Below are positions 50,876 through 61,477 of a stretch of 64,000 nt of DNA, one piece after another (positions within the stretch are counted from its first letter, which is position 1; every line of letters starts with the position of its first letter). A program made the translations under genes and the position numbers. The DNA is from Patescibacteria group bacterium. GTDB taxonomy: Bacteria; Patescibacteriota; Minisyncoccia; Phycocordibacterales; PALSA-1337. The stretch lies in NCBI GenBank assembly GCA_028865095.1, contig JAGWLA010000004.1, positions 8,428 through 72,427 on the forward strand, given 5' to 3'. Below the pieces are notes generated by a model. The model saw only the letters and a list, made by a program, of their open reading frames with translations, searched no databases and was not told the DNA's origin.

Positions 50876-51559
50876 TCACGCCATATCGGTGAAGAGGTAG
50901 GCTTTTCGGGCCGTCTTGATAAGCTGGGCCGGCTGGTCGATGGGAGCGACCGCTTCCCTGCTGGTCAGCCGCGCGACCGCCGCCCGCTTGCCTTCGCCGA
51001 AGACGAAGGCGTATGCCGCGTCTATCTTCGGGAAGAAGGAGGGCGCGATGGTGACGCGCGTGTACGCGCCGGCGTCGTAGCCGGCGACGATGCCGCGCTC
51101 GCTCGCGGCCGGCGAATGCGGGAGGATCCCCGCGATGTGCCCGTCCGCTCCTATCCCGAAGAGGGCCACGACGCTGCCTTTGGCTGCGCGGACGCCCCGG
51201 CATTCCGCATCCAGCGTCTCCGCATATGCTGCCACGGTCTCCGAGAGGCTCTTCCCGGAGAGGACAGGCAGCCGTCGGACGCCTTCGAAGCCGAAGCCGG
51301 CGTCGGCGAGCTGCTTCCAGTTGGAGTCAGGGTGGCCGACCGGGCCATAGCGCTCGTCGGTCAAGCCGACGGCCAAGCGGCCGAGCGCTTCCGGCGGCGC
51401 GGCCCTCCTGACGGCGTCGAGAGCCTCGGCCGCCGCCTTGATATTCGATCCCCCGCAGACCAGCCAAAGGACAGGACGGCCGCCCGACAGCCGAGCCGCC
51501 AAGTCGCTTGCGAGGCGCCGGGCGCCTTCAGCTGGTCCGTTCGTGCGTATGGTCTCCAT
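50876..51559 (-). CDS. pgl: 6-phosphogluconolactonase (NagB/Pgl family)
   Basis: ...VLWLVCGGSNI..., ...ALFGIGADGHIAGILP...; start at METIRTNG. Confidence 0.75.
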   Translation of the reverse strand: METIRTNGPAEGARRLASDLAARLSGGRPVLWLVCGGSNIKAAAEALDAVRRAAPPEALGRLAVGLTDERYGPVGHPDSNWKQLADAGFGFEGVRRLPVLSGKSLSETVAAYAETLDAECRGVRAAKGSVVALFGIGADGHIAGILPHSPAASERGIVAGYDAGAYTRVTIAPSFFPKIDAAYAFVFGEGKRAAVARLTSREAVAPIDQPAQLIKTARKAYLFTDMA

Positions 51560-51566
51560 ATCGGCA

Positions 51567-52556
51567 TCAATCCCTCTTCGGGTGGACCGCATGGCCGCCG
51601 AAGTGCTTGCGCAGCAAGGCGACGATGCGGTTGGAATATTTGCCGGCGTTCTTCGGGTCTTTCGATTCGGCGCGCACTTTCACCGAATCCTCGATGACCC
51701 TCACGTCGACGCCGAGCTCCTTGCCGGCCTCTACGGTCCACGACCCTTCCCCGGTGGCGTCGATGACGGCGGAAGCGCCTTCGACGTCCTCGGAATCGAA
51801 GATGTCCTTGCAGAGGTCGATGAGCCAGCTCCGGATGACCGAGCCTTTCTGGTATATGCGCGTGACGGCGGAAAGGTCGAGGCCGAACGGCGACGCTCTC
51901 AAGACGGCATAGCCTTCGCCGATCGCCTCCATCATCCCGTATTCGATGCCGTTGTGGACCATCTTGGTGAAATGTCCCGCTCCGGCCGGCCCGACGAGCC
52001 CATAGTTGTCGCCCGACGACAGGGCTCTCATGAACGGCTCGACGTCCGGCCATGCTTCGCGCGGCCCGCCGGCCATCAGGGCGAAGCCTTCGCGCTCTCC
52101 CCAGACACCGCCCGACGTGCCGCAGTCGAAGAACCGCACGCCGCGCTCCGCGAGCGCCGCGGCGCGGCGCATGGAATCCTTATAGAACGAATTGCCGCCG
52201 TCGATGACGATGTCGCCGGGGCGCAGGAACGAGCCGATATGGGAGCTCCCGGATATGAAATCGTCGACGACGCCTTGCGGCAGCATGACCCAGAAGACCC
52301 GCGGGGCCGCAGAGGCCTCCGCGGCGGCGCTGACTGCCTGGACCGCTGCGGCAAGGTCGGCATGCGCCGAAAGCCCGGCCGCCGCCGCTTCCTCGACAGG
52401 GCCCGGCGACCGGTTCCAGGCCACGACCGGGAACCCGCTTGCATGGAGCCTGCGCGCGATCTGTCCGCCCATCTTCCCGAGGCCGAACACGCCGATCGGC
52501 GGCTTCTTGGAAGCTTTTTTCGACGCGCTCGCGGCGCGAGAAGAGGGCCGTCTCAT
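51567..52556 (-). CDS. gnd: 6-phosphogluconate dehydrogenase (decarboxylating), short ~330-aa form
   Basis: IGVFGLGKMGGQIARRL NAD(P)-binding motif; GxxHxxKMVHNGIEYG 6PGD signature; start at MRRPSSRAAS. Confidence 0.8.
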   Translation of the reverse strand: MRRPSSRAASASKKASKKPPIGVFGLGKMGGQIARRLHASGFPVVAWNRSPGPVEEAAAAGLSAHADLAAAVQAVSAAAEASAAPRVFWVMLPQGVVDDFISGSSHIGSFLRPGDIVIDGGNSFYKDSMRRAAALAERGVRFFDCGTSGGVWGEREGFALMAGGPREAWPDVEPFMRALSSGDNYGLVGPAGAGHFTKMVHNGIEYGMMEAIGEGYAVLRASPFGLDLSAVTRIYQKGSVIRSWLIDLCKDIFDSEDVEGASAVIDATGEGSWTVEAGKELGVDVRVIEDSVKVRAESKDPKNAGKYSNRIVALLRKHFGGHAVHPKRD

Positions 52557-52572
52557 ATGCGGTATGGTAGCA

Positions 52573-52944
52573 CTAGGCGGCCCGCATGCCCAGCTTGCCA
52601 TAGCGGACGCTCCTCACTGCCCCGCTCGCCAGCCACGCGCCCGAAAGGAGGGCAAGGACCACGCCGGCTTGCACGGCGAGCTTGGTATGCGTGAACGCGC
52701 CCCATATATAGGGCTCATACTGGGATACGCTCGGAAGGTGCGACATGTTGCTGATGACGGCGGGCACCGACGAGTCGACGGCGATGACGGCGCACGACGC
52801 GACGAGGACGCCGGCCCTCACGAACGGGGACTTGAAAGCCTGCCGGACGACATATATCGTCCTGACCCGGCGCATGACGAGCGGCGCCAAAGCTCCGGCC
52901 GCATGCGGCTCGGCGTCATTCATTGAAAAGCGATGTTCATTCAT
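52573..52944 (-). CDS. Putative anti-sigma factor (membrane protein downstream of the ECF sigma gene; 8-nt overlap with it)
   Basis: Position and coupling; a central hydrophobic segment; no strong family motif. Confidence 0.45.
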   Translation of the reverse strand: MNEHRFSMNDAEPHAAGALAPLVMRRVRTIYVVRQAFKSPFVRAGVLVASCAVIAVDSSVPAVISNMSHLPSVSQYEPYIWGAFTHTKLAVQAGVVLALLSGAWLASGAVRSVRYGKLGMRAA

Positions 52945-53605
52945 GTGTTTTTGCGATGGGGACGAGCAGAGGCGATCGGGAGCCGATGCCTTCGGGCGCC
53001 AGGCCGAGCTCCATGCGCGACGCCATGGCCCGCAGCCGCTTCTTGGCGCGATAGATGCGCGTCCTGATGACCCCGTGCGACACTCCTTCCCGGCGCGCGA
53101 CCTCCTTCTCCGACAGGCCTTCCAGGAAGTGGAGGGACACCGCCCGCCGCATGATCTCGGGCAGGCGCGACAGCATGCTCATCAGGTATTCGGCCGACAG
53201 GCGGCTTTCCGCCCGTTCGAGCTCCTCGCGATCGGGGATCACGTCGGCGAGCTCCCCGTCGCCGTCGAGCGAGACCGACAGCTCGGCGCGCTGCGCTTTG
53301 CGATAGGCGGTGCGGCACTGGTTGATGAGGATGGCATACGCCCATGAAGCGAACGAGGCTCCTTCTTTCGCGCGGAAGCGCTTGGCCGCCGAATAGATGC
53401 GGACGAACGTCTCCTGCACGGCATCGCGGGCGTCTTCCTCGTCGCCGAGGAAAGCGGCCGCTTTGCGCATGAAGGGCACCTGGTATCTCTCCACCAGCTG
53501 TGCGAACAGGGCGGGCCGCTCCAAAGATGCTTTCAGGATATCGCTATCCGTCAGCTTCTCCGGAGCGGCCTGTCCGTTGATGTCGATGGCGTGATGTGTG
53601 CGCAT
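52937..53605 (-). CDS. ECF-type RNA polymerase sigma factor (sigma-70 regions 2 and 4)
   Basis: Region 2 ...ARDAVQETFVRIYSA...; region 4 LSEKEVARREGVSHGVIRTRIYRAKKRLR; start at MRTHHAIDING. Confidence 0.8.
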   Translation of the reverse strand: MRTHHAIDINGQAAPEKLTDSDILKASLERPALFAQLVERYQVPFMRKAAAFLGDEEDARDAVQETFVRIYSAAKRFRAKEGASFASWAYAILINQCRTAYRKAQRAELSVSLDGDGELADVIPDREELERAESRLSAEYLMSMLSRLPEIMRRAVSLHFLEGLSEKEVARREGVSHGVIRTRIYRAKKRLRAMASRMELGLAPEGIGSRSPLLVPIAKTHE

Positions 53606-53694
53606 GTTATTGATAACTCGACCTACGATGTATATAACCCTGCCGGTGCAGAGAATGTCACCGGGATAAGGGCGCGAGCCCTGCGCGCCGCGCA

Positions 53695-54594
53695 TCAGAA
53701 GGGGTTGTCGCCCTGTATGAGCTGCGGCTTCGACGATGTGCTCGGCAGCGGCGGCGGGACGGCCTGGGTCGGAGCCGGCGAAGGGGCTGCGGGCAGCGGG
53801 CTCGGGCTTGACGACGCTACGGGCGAGGGCGATGAGGATGCTTGAGCGATCTGGCTTTGAAGGTCGGCGACGGTCTGTTGGAGGCTCGTCACGACCGCTT
53901 GCTGGCTGGCGATGTCGGAAGCGGTCACCGTCCCCCCTGTCGCGGCGGATGAGGGCGCAGGAGACGGCGACGAAGCGCTTTGTGCCGGCGCCGGGCCTGT
54001 GCCCGTCGTTGCCGTGGCCGGCGCCGATGCGGCTGATGCCCCTAAGGCGCCGGCTTGGCCGGCGATGGAAGCGGCGTGGCTCTGGTAGGAGGAGATCTCC
54101 GACGACGAGAGGCCGGAATCGGGCGTGAGCGCGGCGGCAGCCGAAACGAACGCGACGGCATCGGCGCCCAATGCGCGGCGAAGAGATGCGATCTCTGCCG
54201 GAGGAGCCAAGGGGTCGCCAAGCGCCGCCGCGAGAGCGGCTTCATCGCTCTCTGCCTTCCCTGCCAGCGCGTCGAGCTGGGCGGCCGTCGCCGACGGGTC
54301 GGGCAGCGAGAGCGCGGGGACAGGGAGCTGATCCTGCGCCGCATATGCCACCTGCATCGCCTGGAGCTTGGCCGTTTCCGCCGCGAGGTCGGCCTTGGCG
54401 GCGGCGAGCGAAGCCTGCATCCGATCGGCCGACGCTCGATCCTTCTGGAGGCTCTGCTGGACGGACGATATGAGCTGATCGGCGCTGCGGCCTGAATCGA
54501 GCGAACTGCGCACATACCCCGCGGCCTGTATCAGCCCGAAGGCGATGAGAGCCAGAACGGCGGCGACGAGCGCATCCTTCGCGATAGCGAACAT
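53695..54594 (-). CDS. Membrane-anchored coiled-coil protein with long Ala/Ser/Pro-rich C-terminus (hypothetical)
   Basis: Start at MFAIAKDALVAAVLALIAFGLI (TM anchor); the track N-terminal extension is low-complexity. Confidence 0.45.
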   Translation of the reverse strand: MFAIAKDALVAAVLALIAFGLIQAAGYVRSSLDSGRSADQLISSVQQSLQKDRASADRMQASLAAAKADLAAETAKLQAMQVAYAAQDQLPVPALSLPDPSATAAQLDALAGKAESDEAALAAALGDPLAPPAEIASLRRALGADAVAFVSAAAALTPDSGLSSSEISSYQSHAASIAGQAGALGASAASAPATATTGTGPAPAQSASSPSPAPSSAATGGTVTASDIASQQAVVTSLQQTVADLQSQIAQASSSPSPVASSSPSPLPAAPSPAPTQAVPPPLPSTSSKPQLIQGDNPF

Positions 54595-54632
54595 GCGCTG
54601 ATTATACCAGAATAGCCGCGGCCGGGCCCGTT

Positions 54633-55199
54633 TCAGTATTTCCTCACCACCCCTTTGACCACCGCCGCTATCGTCATCCCGTTCTCCGGGTATATCGGGC
54701 GATATTTGCGGTTCGCGGGCTCGAGCCATGCGCGGCCCCCTTTCGTCCGGAGATATTTCATCGTCCAGCCTCCGTCCACTTCGGCGATGACGATATCGCC
54801 GTCGCGCGCCTCTTTTCCCTTCTCGGCCAAGACCAGATCCCCTTCCCGTATGCCCGCCTCGATCATAGAGTCGCCTTTCACTTCAAGGAGATAGGTGCGG
54901 TCGGAGCCCTCCATCAGGTATTCGTCGATGCTCATGGTGTCGAGCGCCTGCTCTTCCGCAATCGTCGGGAATCCCGCTTCCACCACGCCGAGCAGTGGAA
55001 CTTCTCCGGCGAGCGCGTTCGGGATGAGGCGGCCGCGAGAATCCTTGCCGAGCACGCCTTCTTCGATGAGCCTGCCGACGAGCTTGAAGACCGCGTTCTT
55101 TGACTTGAAGCCGAGCATGCTCATGATCTCCGAATAGCTCGGCATCCTGCGGGTGCGCCGATAGAAAGCGATGATCTTGTCTTTGTAGCCGTCCGCCAT
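54633..55199 (-). CDS. lexA: LexA repressor (S24 peptidase)
   Basis: N-terminal wHTH; Ala-Gly cleavage-site region; catalytic Ser in VKGDSM and Lys in ...GWTMKYL; 188 aa. Confidence 0.9.
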   Translation of the reverse strand: MADGYKDKIIAFYRRTRRMPSYSEIMSMLGFKSKNAVFKLVGRLIEEGVLGKDSRGRLIPNALAGEVPLLGVVEAGFPTIAEEQALDTMSIDEYLMEGSDRTYLLEVKGDSMIEAGIREGDLVLAEKGKEARDGDIVIAEVDGGWTMKYLRTKGGRAWLEPANRKYRPIYPENGMTIAAVVKGVVRKY

Positions 55200-55200
55200 G

Positions 55201-55407
55201 CTAGTGGGAGAATGACGACATGAACGGGAAGGCTCCTCCCAGCCATCCGGCCCGGCGGGGCGCCAGGCGCTTGAGCTGGCGGGTCAGGAAGAGATGCCTC
55301 CTGGCTTCTTGCCGGTATGGCATCCCTCGAATGATCCGGAGGTCTATCTCCTGGTTCAGGCGGGCGATCTCGCTCTTGATGGCTCGTATTGTTTGGTGTC
55401 TGCTCAT
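55201..55407 (-). CDS. DUF465-like small coiled-coil protein (68 aa) immediately upstream of lexA
   Basis: MSRHQTIRAIKSEIARLNQEIDLRI... resembles the YdcH/DUF465 pattern; 1-nt gap to lexA. The track start at 55488 would cover the SOS box. Confidence 0.45.
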   Translation of the reverse strand: MSRHQTIRAIKSEIARLNQEIDLRIIRGMPYRQEARRHLFLTRQLKRLAPRRAGWLGGAFPFMSSFSH

Positions 55408-55420
55408 AGGCATAGTATAG

Positions 55421-55436
55421 GTGAACGATAGTTCAC
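55421..55436. promoter_or_regulatory. Predicted LexA (SOS) box GTGAACGATAGTTCAC (GAAC-N4-GTTC) in the divergent promoter region between the DUF465-lexA operon and the GH63-like gene
   Basis: Perfect palindrome; on the minus strand it directly precedes TATACT and the DUF465 ATG; a plus-strand TATAAT (55474-55479) lies 10 nt before the GH63-like gene start. Confidence 0.55.
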
Positions 55437-55488
55437 TAGCAAGGGCCGCCTGTGGATAACTCATTCCTGCGGGGTATAATGGCCTCAC

Positions 55489-56712
55489 ATGCCCTCCATC
55501 GACCCTTCTGCACGAAAGCGCTTGACCGACCTATCGGTCAAAGTGCTCGTCGACAACCGCCGCTCGAAAGACGGCTTCCAGTACACGGTGCCTTCCCCGT
55601 CCTCATATCCCTATCAATGGCTGTGGGACTCCTGCTTCCATGCGATCGTCCTGTCGCATGTCAGCCTCGAAGACGCCAAGAAGGAGCTCCTCTCGCTGGT
55701 GTCCAAGCAGTTCGAGAACGGGATGATCCCCCACATGATCTATTGGGAGCGCAAAGAGGTCATCAATTTCAAATGGGGCAAAGAGCATACCAGCTCCATC
55801 ACCCAGCCTCCCATGCTGGCGCTCGCCGCGTGGGAGATATACGTGAAAGACAAGGATGCCGGGTTCCTCAAGGCGCTGTATCCTCACCTCTATCATTTCT
55901 ATAACTATATCCTCACCGAGCGCGATCCGCGGCGGCATCATGTGGCGAGCATCATCAATCCTGACGAGTCGGGAGAGGACAATTCTCCGCGCTTCGACGT
56001 GCCGCTCGGCCTGCCCACCGTCCAGACGCTCAAAGAGAGCCTGGAAAGCCGCCTCGAGCTCGTCGAGAAGCTCAAGACGTGCGATTTCGACGCCCCGTTC
56101 TGTATGAAGCACTTCTTCTGGGCCAAAGACGTGCCTTTCAACGCCATCCTGGCCGAGAACCTCTCCGTCCTTTCCAAGATCGCCGATGTCTTAGGCTTCA
56201 AAGAGGATTCCCTCCGCTATGCCGAAGAAGGCCTTCTCGTCTCCCGCGCCATGCGCGAGCTCATGATGGAGGACGGCCTCTTCTGGCCGACGTATGGCGA
56301 AGATTACGTCAAGACGAAGGTCAAGACCTGGGCCCTCTTCGCGCCGCTCTTCGCCGGCATACCGACCGCGGAGGAGGCGCGGGCTCTCGTCAGCGGCTAC
56401 CTCGAGAGCCCGGCCGAATTCAAAGCAGCCTATCCCGTCCCTTCCGTCTCGAGGAGCGACCCGGCCTACGACCCGAAGGGCTTCTGGCGCGGGTCGGTCT
56501 GGATGGCGGTGAACTGGTTTGTCCGAAGGGGCCTGAAGAGATACAATATGGACGATCATGGGGACCGCATCCTTCAGAGCTCTGTCGAGCTTCTCGAGAG
56601 ATCGGGCTTCAGGGAGTATTTCCACCCCGACACCGGCGAAGGCATGGGAGCGGAGAGCTTCACCTGGGGCGCGCTCGTCGTGGATATGATGAACGACGGC
56701 CCTTCCGCATGA
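55489..56712 (+). CDS. (alpha/alpha)6-barrel glycoside hydrolase, GH63-like (mannosylglycerate/glucosylglycerate hydrolase family)
   Basis: YPYQWLWDSCFHAIVL and downstream acidic-residue blocks typical of GH63/MGH-type hydrolases; 407 aa. Confidence 0.65.
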   Translation: MPSIDPSARKRLTDLSVKVLVDNRRSKDGFQYTVPSPSSYPYQWLWDSCFHAIVLSHVSLEDAKKELLSLVSKQFENGMIPHMIYWERKEVINFKWGKEHTSSITQPPMLALAAWEIYVKDKDAGFLKALYPHLYHFYNYILTERDPRRHHVASIINPDESGEDNSPRFDVPLGLPTVQTLKESLESRLELVEKLKTCDFDAPFCMKHFFWAKDVPFNAILAENLSVLSKIADVLGFKEDSLRYAEEGLLVSRAMRELMMEDGLFWPTYGEDYVKTKVKTWALFAPLFAGIPTAEEARALVSGYLESPAEFKAAYPVPSVSRSDPAYDPKGFWRGSVWMAVNWFVRRGLKRYNMDDHGDRILQSSVELLERSGFREYFHPDTGEGMGAESFTWGALVVDMMNDGPSA

Positions 56713-56746
56713 GCCTCATCGATCCTTCCGCCACATACACCCACTT

Positions 56747-57724
56747 ATGGACCAAGCGCGCATGAAAGCAATACTCGACCGCCTTCCCGAGCAGCTCGCC
56801 TATCGGGCGGAGGTCGCGAATAAGGGCGCTTTGCCCGAAGCCCGCTCCATCGTGGTCGGCGGCATGGGGGGCTCTCACCTTTCGGCTTCGCTCATCAAGG
56901 ACATCGAGCGCATGCCCGGCATGGCCATCCGTTCCGACTACGGCCTTCCGGAGCTCGCTCCGGAGGCGGCAAAGGACGCGCTGTACATCGCCGTCTCTCA
57001 TTCCGGCAACACCGAAGAGACGCTCGATTTCGCGGACCAGGCCCTGAAGAGGAGGCTGCCGCTCGCCGTGGTCTCGACCGGCGGGGCCCTTCTGCGCCTC
57101 GCCCGCGACCGCGGCCTTCCGCACGTGGCCATACCCCTCGATGACGCCATCCCTCCCCGGCTGGCGACGGGATATATGGCAACGGCTCTTTATGCGCTCA
57201 TGGGCATGGAGAGCTCCCTCGCGCGGCTCGGCGCGATCGCCCGCTCTCTCGCAGAGGAGGGCGACGCCCTGGAAGCGGAAGCGGCGGCCCTCGTCGACGC
57301 CATTGGCGAAGCCGTGCCGCTTGTCTATTCGTCGGCATCCGATTATTCCCTGGCTTATTATCTCAAGATCGCCATGAACGAGACGGCGAAGCGCCCGGCG
57401 TTCTGCGGCGCTTTTCCCGAGATGGATCATAACGAGCTGGCCGGCTTCACTCTGGACGGGTCGAGCGCGCCGTATTGCATGGTGACCATCCGCGACCCCG
57501 AAGACCATCCCCGGATATCGCGCAGGATGGACCTGACCGAATCCATCGTGGCCGGCAAAGGAGCGCGCACGGCTCGGATAGCTCTGTCGGGAGCCGATCG
57601 GCCCGAGCGCTTCTGGCGCGCGGTCATGGTGATCGCCCGGGCGAGCTTCGGGTCCGCGCAGCGGAGGGGCGTCGACCCCGTGGAGACCGCGCTCATCGAG
57701 AGCTTCAAGAAAAGCCTCTCATGA
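56747..57724 (+). CDS. Bifunctional phosphoglucose/phosphomannose isomerase (SIS-domain, archaeal-type PGI/PMI)
   Basis: Two SIS-like halves (VVGGMGGSHLSA..., ...SHSGNTEETL...); ~325 aa, typical of the PGI/PMI family. Confidence 0.75.
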   Translation: MDQARMKAILDRLPEQLAYRAEVANKGALPEARSIVVGGMGGSHLSASLIKDIERMPGMAIRSDYGLPELAPEAAKDALYIAVSHSGNTEETLDFADQALKRRLPLAVVSTGGALLRLARDRGLPHVAIPLDDAIPPRLATGYMATALYALMGMESSLARLGAIARSLAEEGDALEAEAAALVDAIGEAVPLVYSSASDYSLAYYLKIAMNETAKRPAFCGAFPEMDHNELAGFTLDGSSAPYCMVTIRDPEDHPRISRRMDLTESIVAGKGARTARIALSGADRPERFWRAVMVIARASFGSAQRRGVDPVETALIESFKKSLS

Positions 57725-58542
57725 TCGGCCTTTTCGACATCGGCGGCACGCATACGAGGACGGCGGTGTCGGCCGACGGGTCCTCGCTGGGGCCGTCCCG
57801 GAGATTCGAGACGCCTGCGTCCATGGACGGCGCCATAGCCGCCGTGAAGGAGGCGCTGGAGGCCCAAGCGGCCGAGGCAGGCGGAAGCATGCCGTTCGCC
57901 GCGGTATCGGGCTGCATGCCCGGCGTGATCCAAGACGGGATCGTGATCCACTCGCCGCATCTTTCCGGCTGGGACGGCGGGGCGTTCGGGAGCTCTCTGG
58001 CGGCGGCTTTCCCCGGCGCCCGCATCGCGGTCGCCAATGACGCCGACGCGGCATGCCTCGGCGAAGCCGTCTATGGCGCGGGCCAAGGGGCTCGGACGGT
58101 CGCCTATATGACCGTGAGCACAGGGGTCGGAGGCGGACGGACCGTCGGCGGCGCCATCGATCGCGGACGATACGGCCTCGAGCCCGGCCACCAGATCATC
58201 GATGCCGCGACGGGCGCGACGCTCGAAAGCCTCGTCTCGGGAGCGGCCATCATCCGGCGGCATGGCAAGCGCCTGTCCGAGCTCGGGCCGGAAGCCATCG
58301 CCCGAGCCGGAGAGGCTCTCGCGGCCGGCGTCCACAATTCCATCGTCCACTGGTCGCCGGACGTCTTCGTCCTCGGCGGGTCCATCGTCCTTGAAGTGGA
58401 TGGCCTGTTCGGATCCGTATGCGCGGCTCTGGAGAGGCTCCCCTCGCCCTATCCGAAGCTCCCCGACATCAAAAAAGCCGCTCTCGGCGACGGCAGCGGC
58501 CTCTATGGGGCGCTGAAGCTCGCGTCAGCGCTCGTCCAGTAG
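57721..58542 (+). CDS. ROK-family sugar kinase (glucokinase-like)
   Basis: MIGLFDIGGTHTRTAV (ROK N-terminal ATPase motif); 4-nt ATGA overlap with the PGI/PMI stop. Confidence 0.8.
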   Translation: MIGLFDIGGTHTRTAVSADGSSLGPSRRFETPASMDGAIAAVKEALEAQAAEAGGSMPFAAVSGCMPGVIQDGIVIHSPHLSGWDGGAFGSSLAAAFPGARIAVANDADAACLGEAVYGAGQGARTVAYMTVSTGVGGGRTVGGAIDRGRYGLEPGHQIIDAATGATLESLVSGAAIIRRHGKRLSELGPEAIARAGEALAAGVHNSIVHWSPDVFVLGGSIVLEVDGLFGSVCAALERLPSPYPKLPDIKKAALGDGSGLYGALKLASALVQ

Positions 58543-58911
58543 GCTCGATTTGTAGCGCTCCGGGTGATGCGGCTCGAGCATGAAGCACGGCATGCCGGCT
58601 TTTTTCATCTCGGGCACCAAGGCCTGCTGGTCATATCCGAGGAATACCGCGTCAGGCTTGATCCGCCCGAAGATCGCCCAGCTGCCCTGCTCGGCGTCGC
58701 CTTCGACGACTTCGAGCGCCGGGTCGAAAGCGGCGATGTCGGAGCGGCGCTGCGCAGCCGGCCTCAGCGGCGGCCTTCCCTTCAAGGCGGCTACCGCCTG
58801 GTCGGGCGCGACGACCACGACGAGGCGGTCGCATCTCTCGCGGGCCTGCCGCAGCAGGTCTTTGTGGCCCTCATGCAGCCCGTCGAACGTCCCGAAGACC
58901 ATCCCCGTCAT
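58525..58911 (-). CDS. Cytidylyltransferase-like nucleotidyltransferase (HxGH motif)
   Basis: VFGTFDGLHEGHKDLL (T/HxGH nucleotidyltransferase signature); 128 aa. Confidence 0.6.
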   Translation of the reverse strand: MTGMVFGTFDGLHEGHKDLLRQARERCDRLVVVVAPDQAVAALKGRPPLRPAAQRRSDIAAFDPALEVVEGDAEQGSWAIFGRIKPDAVFLGYDQQALVPEMKKAGMPCFMLEPHHPERYKSSLLDER

Positions 58912-60083
58912 TGGTATTGGATGAAGCTCGGGCGCGGCCGGAGCGCCAGGACCTCTTGCGGCGTCATCATCCTGCCGCCTGCCCTGACATCGTTCTTGTA
59001 GAAGAGCTTGATGCCGGTGAACTGGACGGGTTCCGCCTTCACGACCTGGTCATAGACCTTTATCTTCTGCGCCGGGGTGCCGTAGCCGTCCATGTCCATG
59101 ACGATCTCCACTTCGGGAAGCGGGGCGATCGACCGGTATCCGGTGACCATGTCTTCGGTGAAGCGGTGGACGACGAGCACTTTCGGCGGGAGGGAGTATT
59201 CTTTGACGACCTGGGCGAGATACTGGGCCGCATAGTCGATGTCGGCCGCGTCGAATGTGCCGATCACCCGTCCGGGCACCCCGCCGCCCTTCATGGAGAA
59301 CTCCGGGTCGATGGCGAGCTCGACGTTCGGCAGCTTGAGATACGGCTCGAGAAGGGGTATCTCGTCTTGAAGGGTGCTTCTCCCTACTTGGACGTCCAAG
59401 ATGACGAGCCCGTTCACTCGGTCGGCCAAAGTTATGGCCTTTTCCACTTCGCTCGCCGGCATGCGGGCGCGGTATTTCCCGTCGGCGCCCGGATATCCTT
59501 GGGCGGTCACGGCTATGTAATCGATGGCAGGGACGGCCCTCACGCTCGGGTCGGCCGCTTGCCAGGAAGCGACCTCCTGCATGAGCCTGGTCAGCATCTC
59601 TTCCGGCGGATATTGGCCGAGCACTCCCATGCTGGCGGACAGGAAGTTGCCATAATACGCGACGATGCGGTCGAACGGCAGGACGGCGCCGGCTTCGGGA
59701 TAGGGCGCGGGTGCAGGCCACGGGCCCGGCAAGGCCGGGGAGGACGTCGCTGTCGAAGAAGCCGCTGTCGAAGAGGCCGCAGAAGAGACGAGGGCCGAGG
59801 AAGACGCTTCCGGCGACGAGGAGGCGGCCACCGGCCCGAATGCCAGCTCGCGCATCAGCGAATCATACAAAGCGCGATCCAGCTGGGGCGCGGGCGGCGT
59901 CGTGGAGGCCAGGGCATCTGGCGACCCTGCCGGCCCGTAGTCGATCTGCGATCGGAACAGCCCCGTCTGGAGGACGAGCGTCGTCACGGCAGCCAGCGCG
60001 GCGCACGCCAAAAAACCCGTGACGACGGGGTGGGGCTTGGGGCGGCTTTTTTTTCGTTTCGCGGCGATGCCCCAGTATATCAT
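58908..60083 (-). CDS. Membrane-anchored extracellular protein with Ser/Ala/Thr-rich linker (hypothetical, possibly polysaccharide-active)
   Basis: N-terminal TM helix, low-complexity linker, ~250-aa C-terminal globular domain; no family recognised. Confidence 0.5.
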   Translation of the reverse strand: MIYWGIAAKRKKSRPKPHPVVTGFLACAALAAVTTLVLQTGLFRSQIDYGPAGSPDALASTTPPAPQLDRALYDSLMRELAFGPVAASSSPEASSSALVSSAASSTAASSTATSSPALPGPWPAPAPYPEAGAVLPFDRIVAYYGNFLSASMGVLGQYPPEEMLTRLMQEVASWQAADPSVRAVPAIDYIAVTAQGYPGADGKYRARMPASEVEKAITLADRVNGLVILDVQVGRSTLQDEIPLLEPYLKLPNVELAIDPEFSMKGGGVPGRVIGTFDAADIDYAAQYLAQVVKEYSLPPKVLVVHRFTEDMVTGYRSIAPLPEVEIVMDMDGYGTPAQKIKVYDQVVKAEPVQFTGIKLFYKNDVRAGGRMMTPQEVLALRPRPSFIQYQ

Positions 60084-60119
60084 GGAGCGTTCCTGCGGAG
60101 CCTCGGGGATAACGCCCGC

Positions 60120-61358
<1,239 letters not shown>

Positions 61359-61477
61359 TCGTTATCCGCATAAGCTCAGGCCTTGTCCGATACGACTAAG
61401 CGCGAAGGAGGATGCAGGTAAGACCACTATAAACGATAACGACGAACTTGTCAATTCTTTTGGTGCCGTGACGGGCT

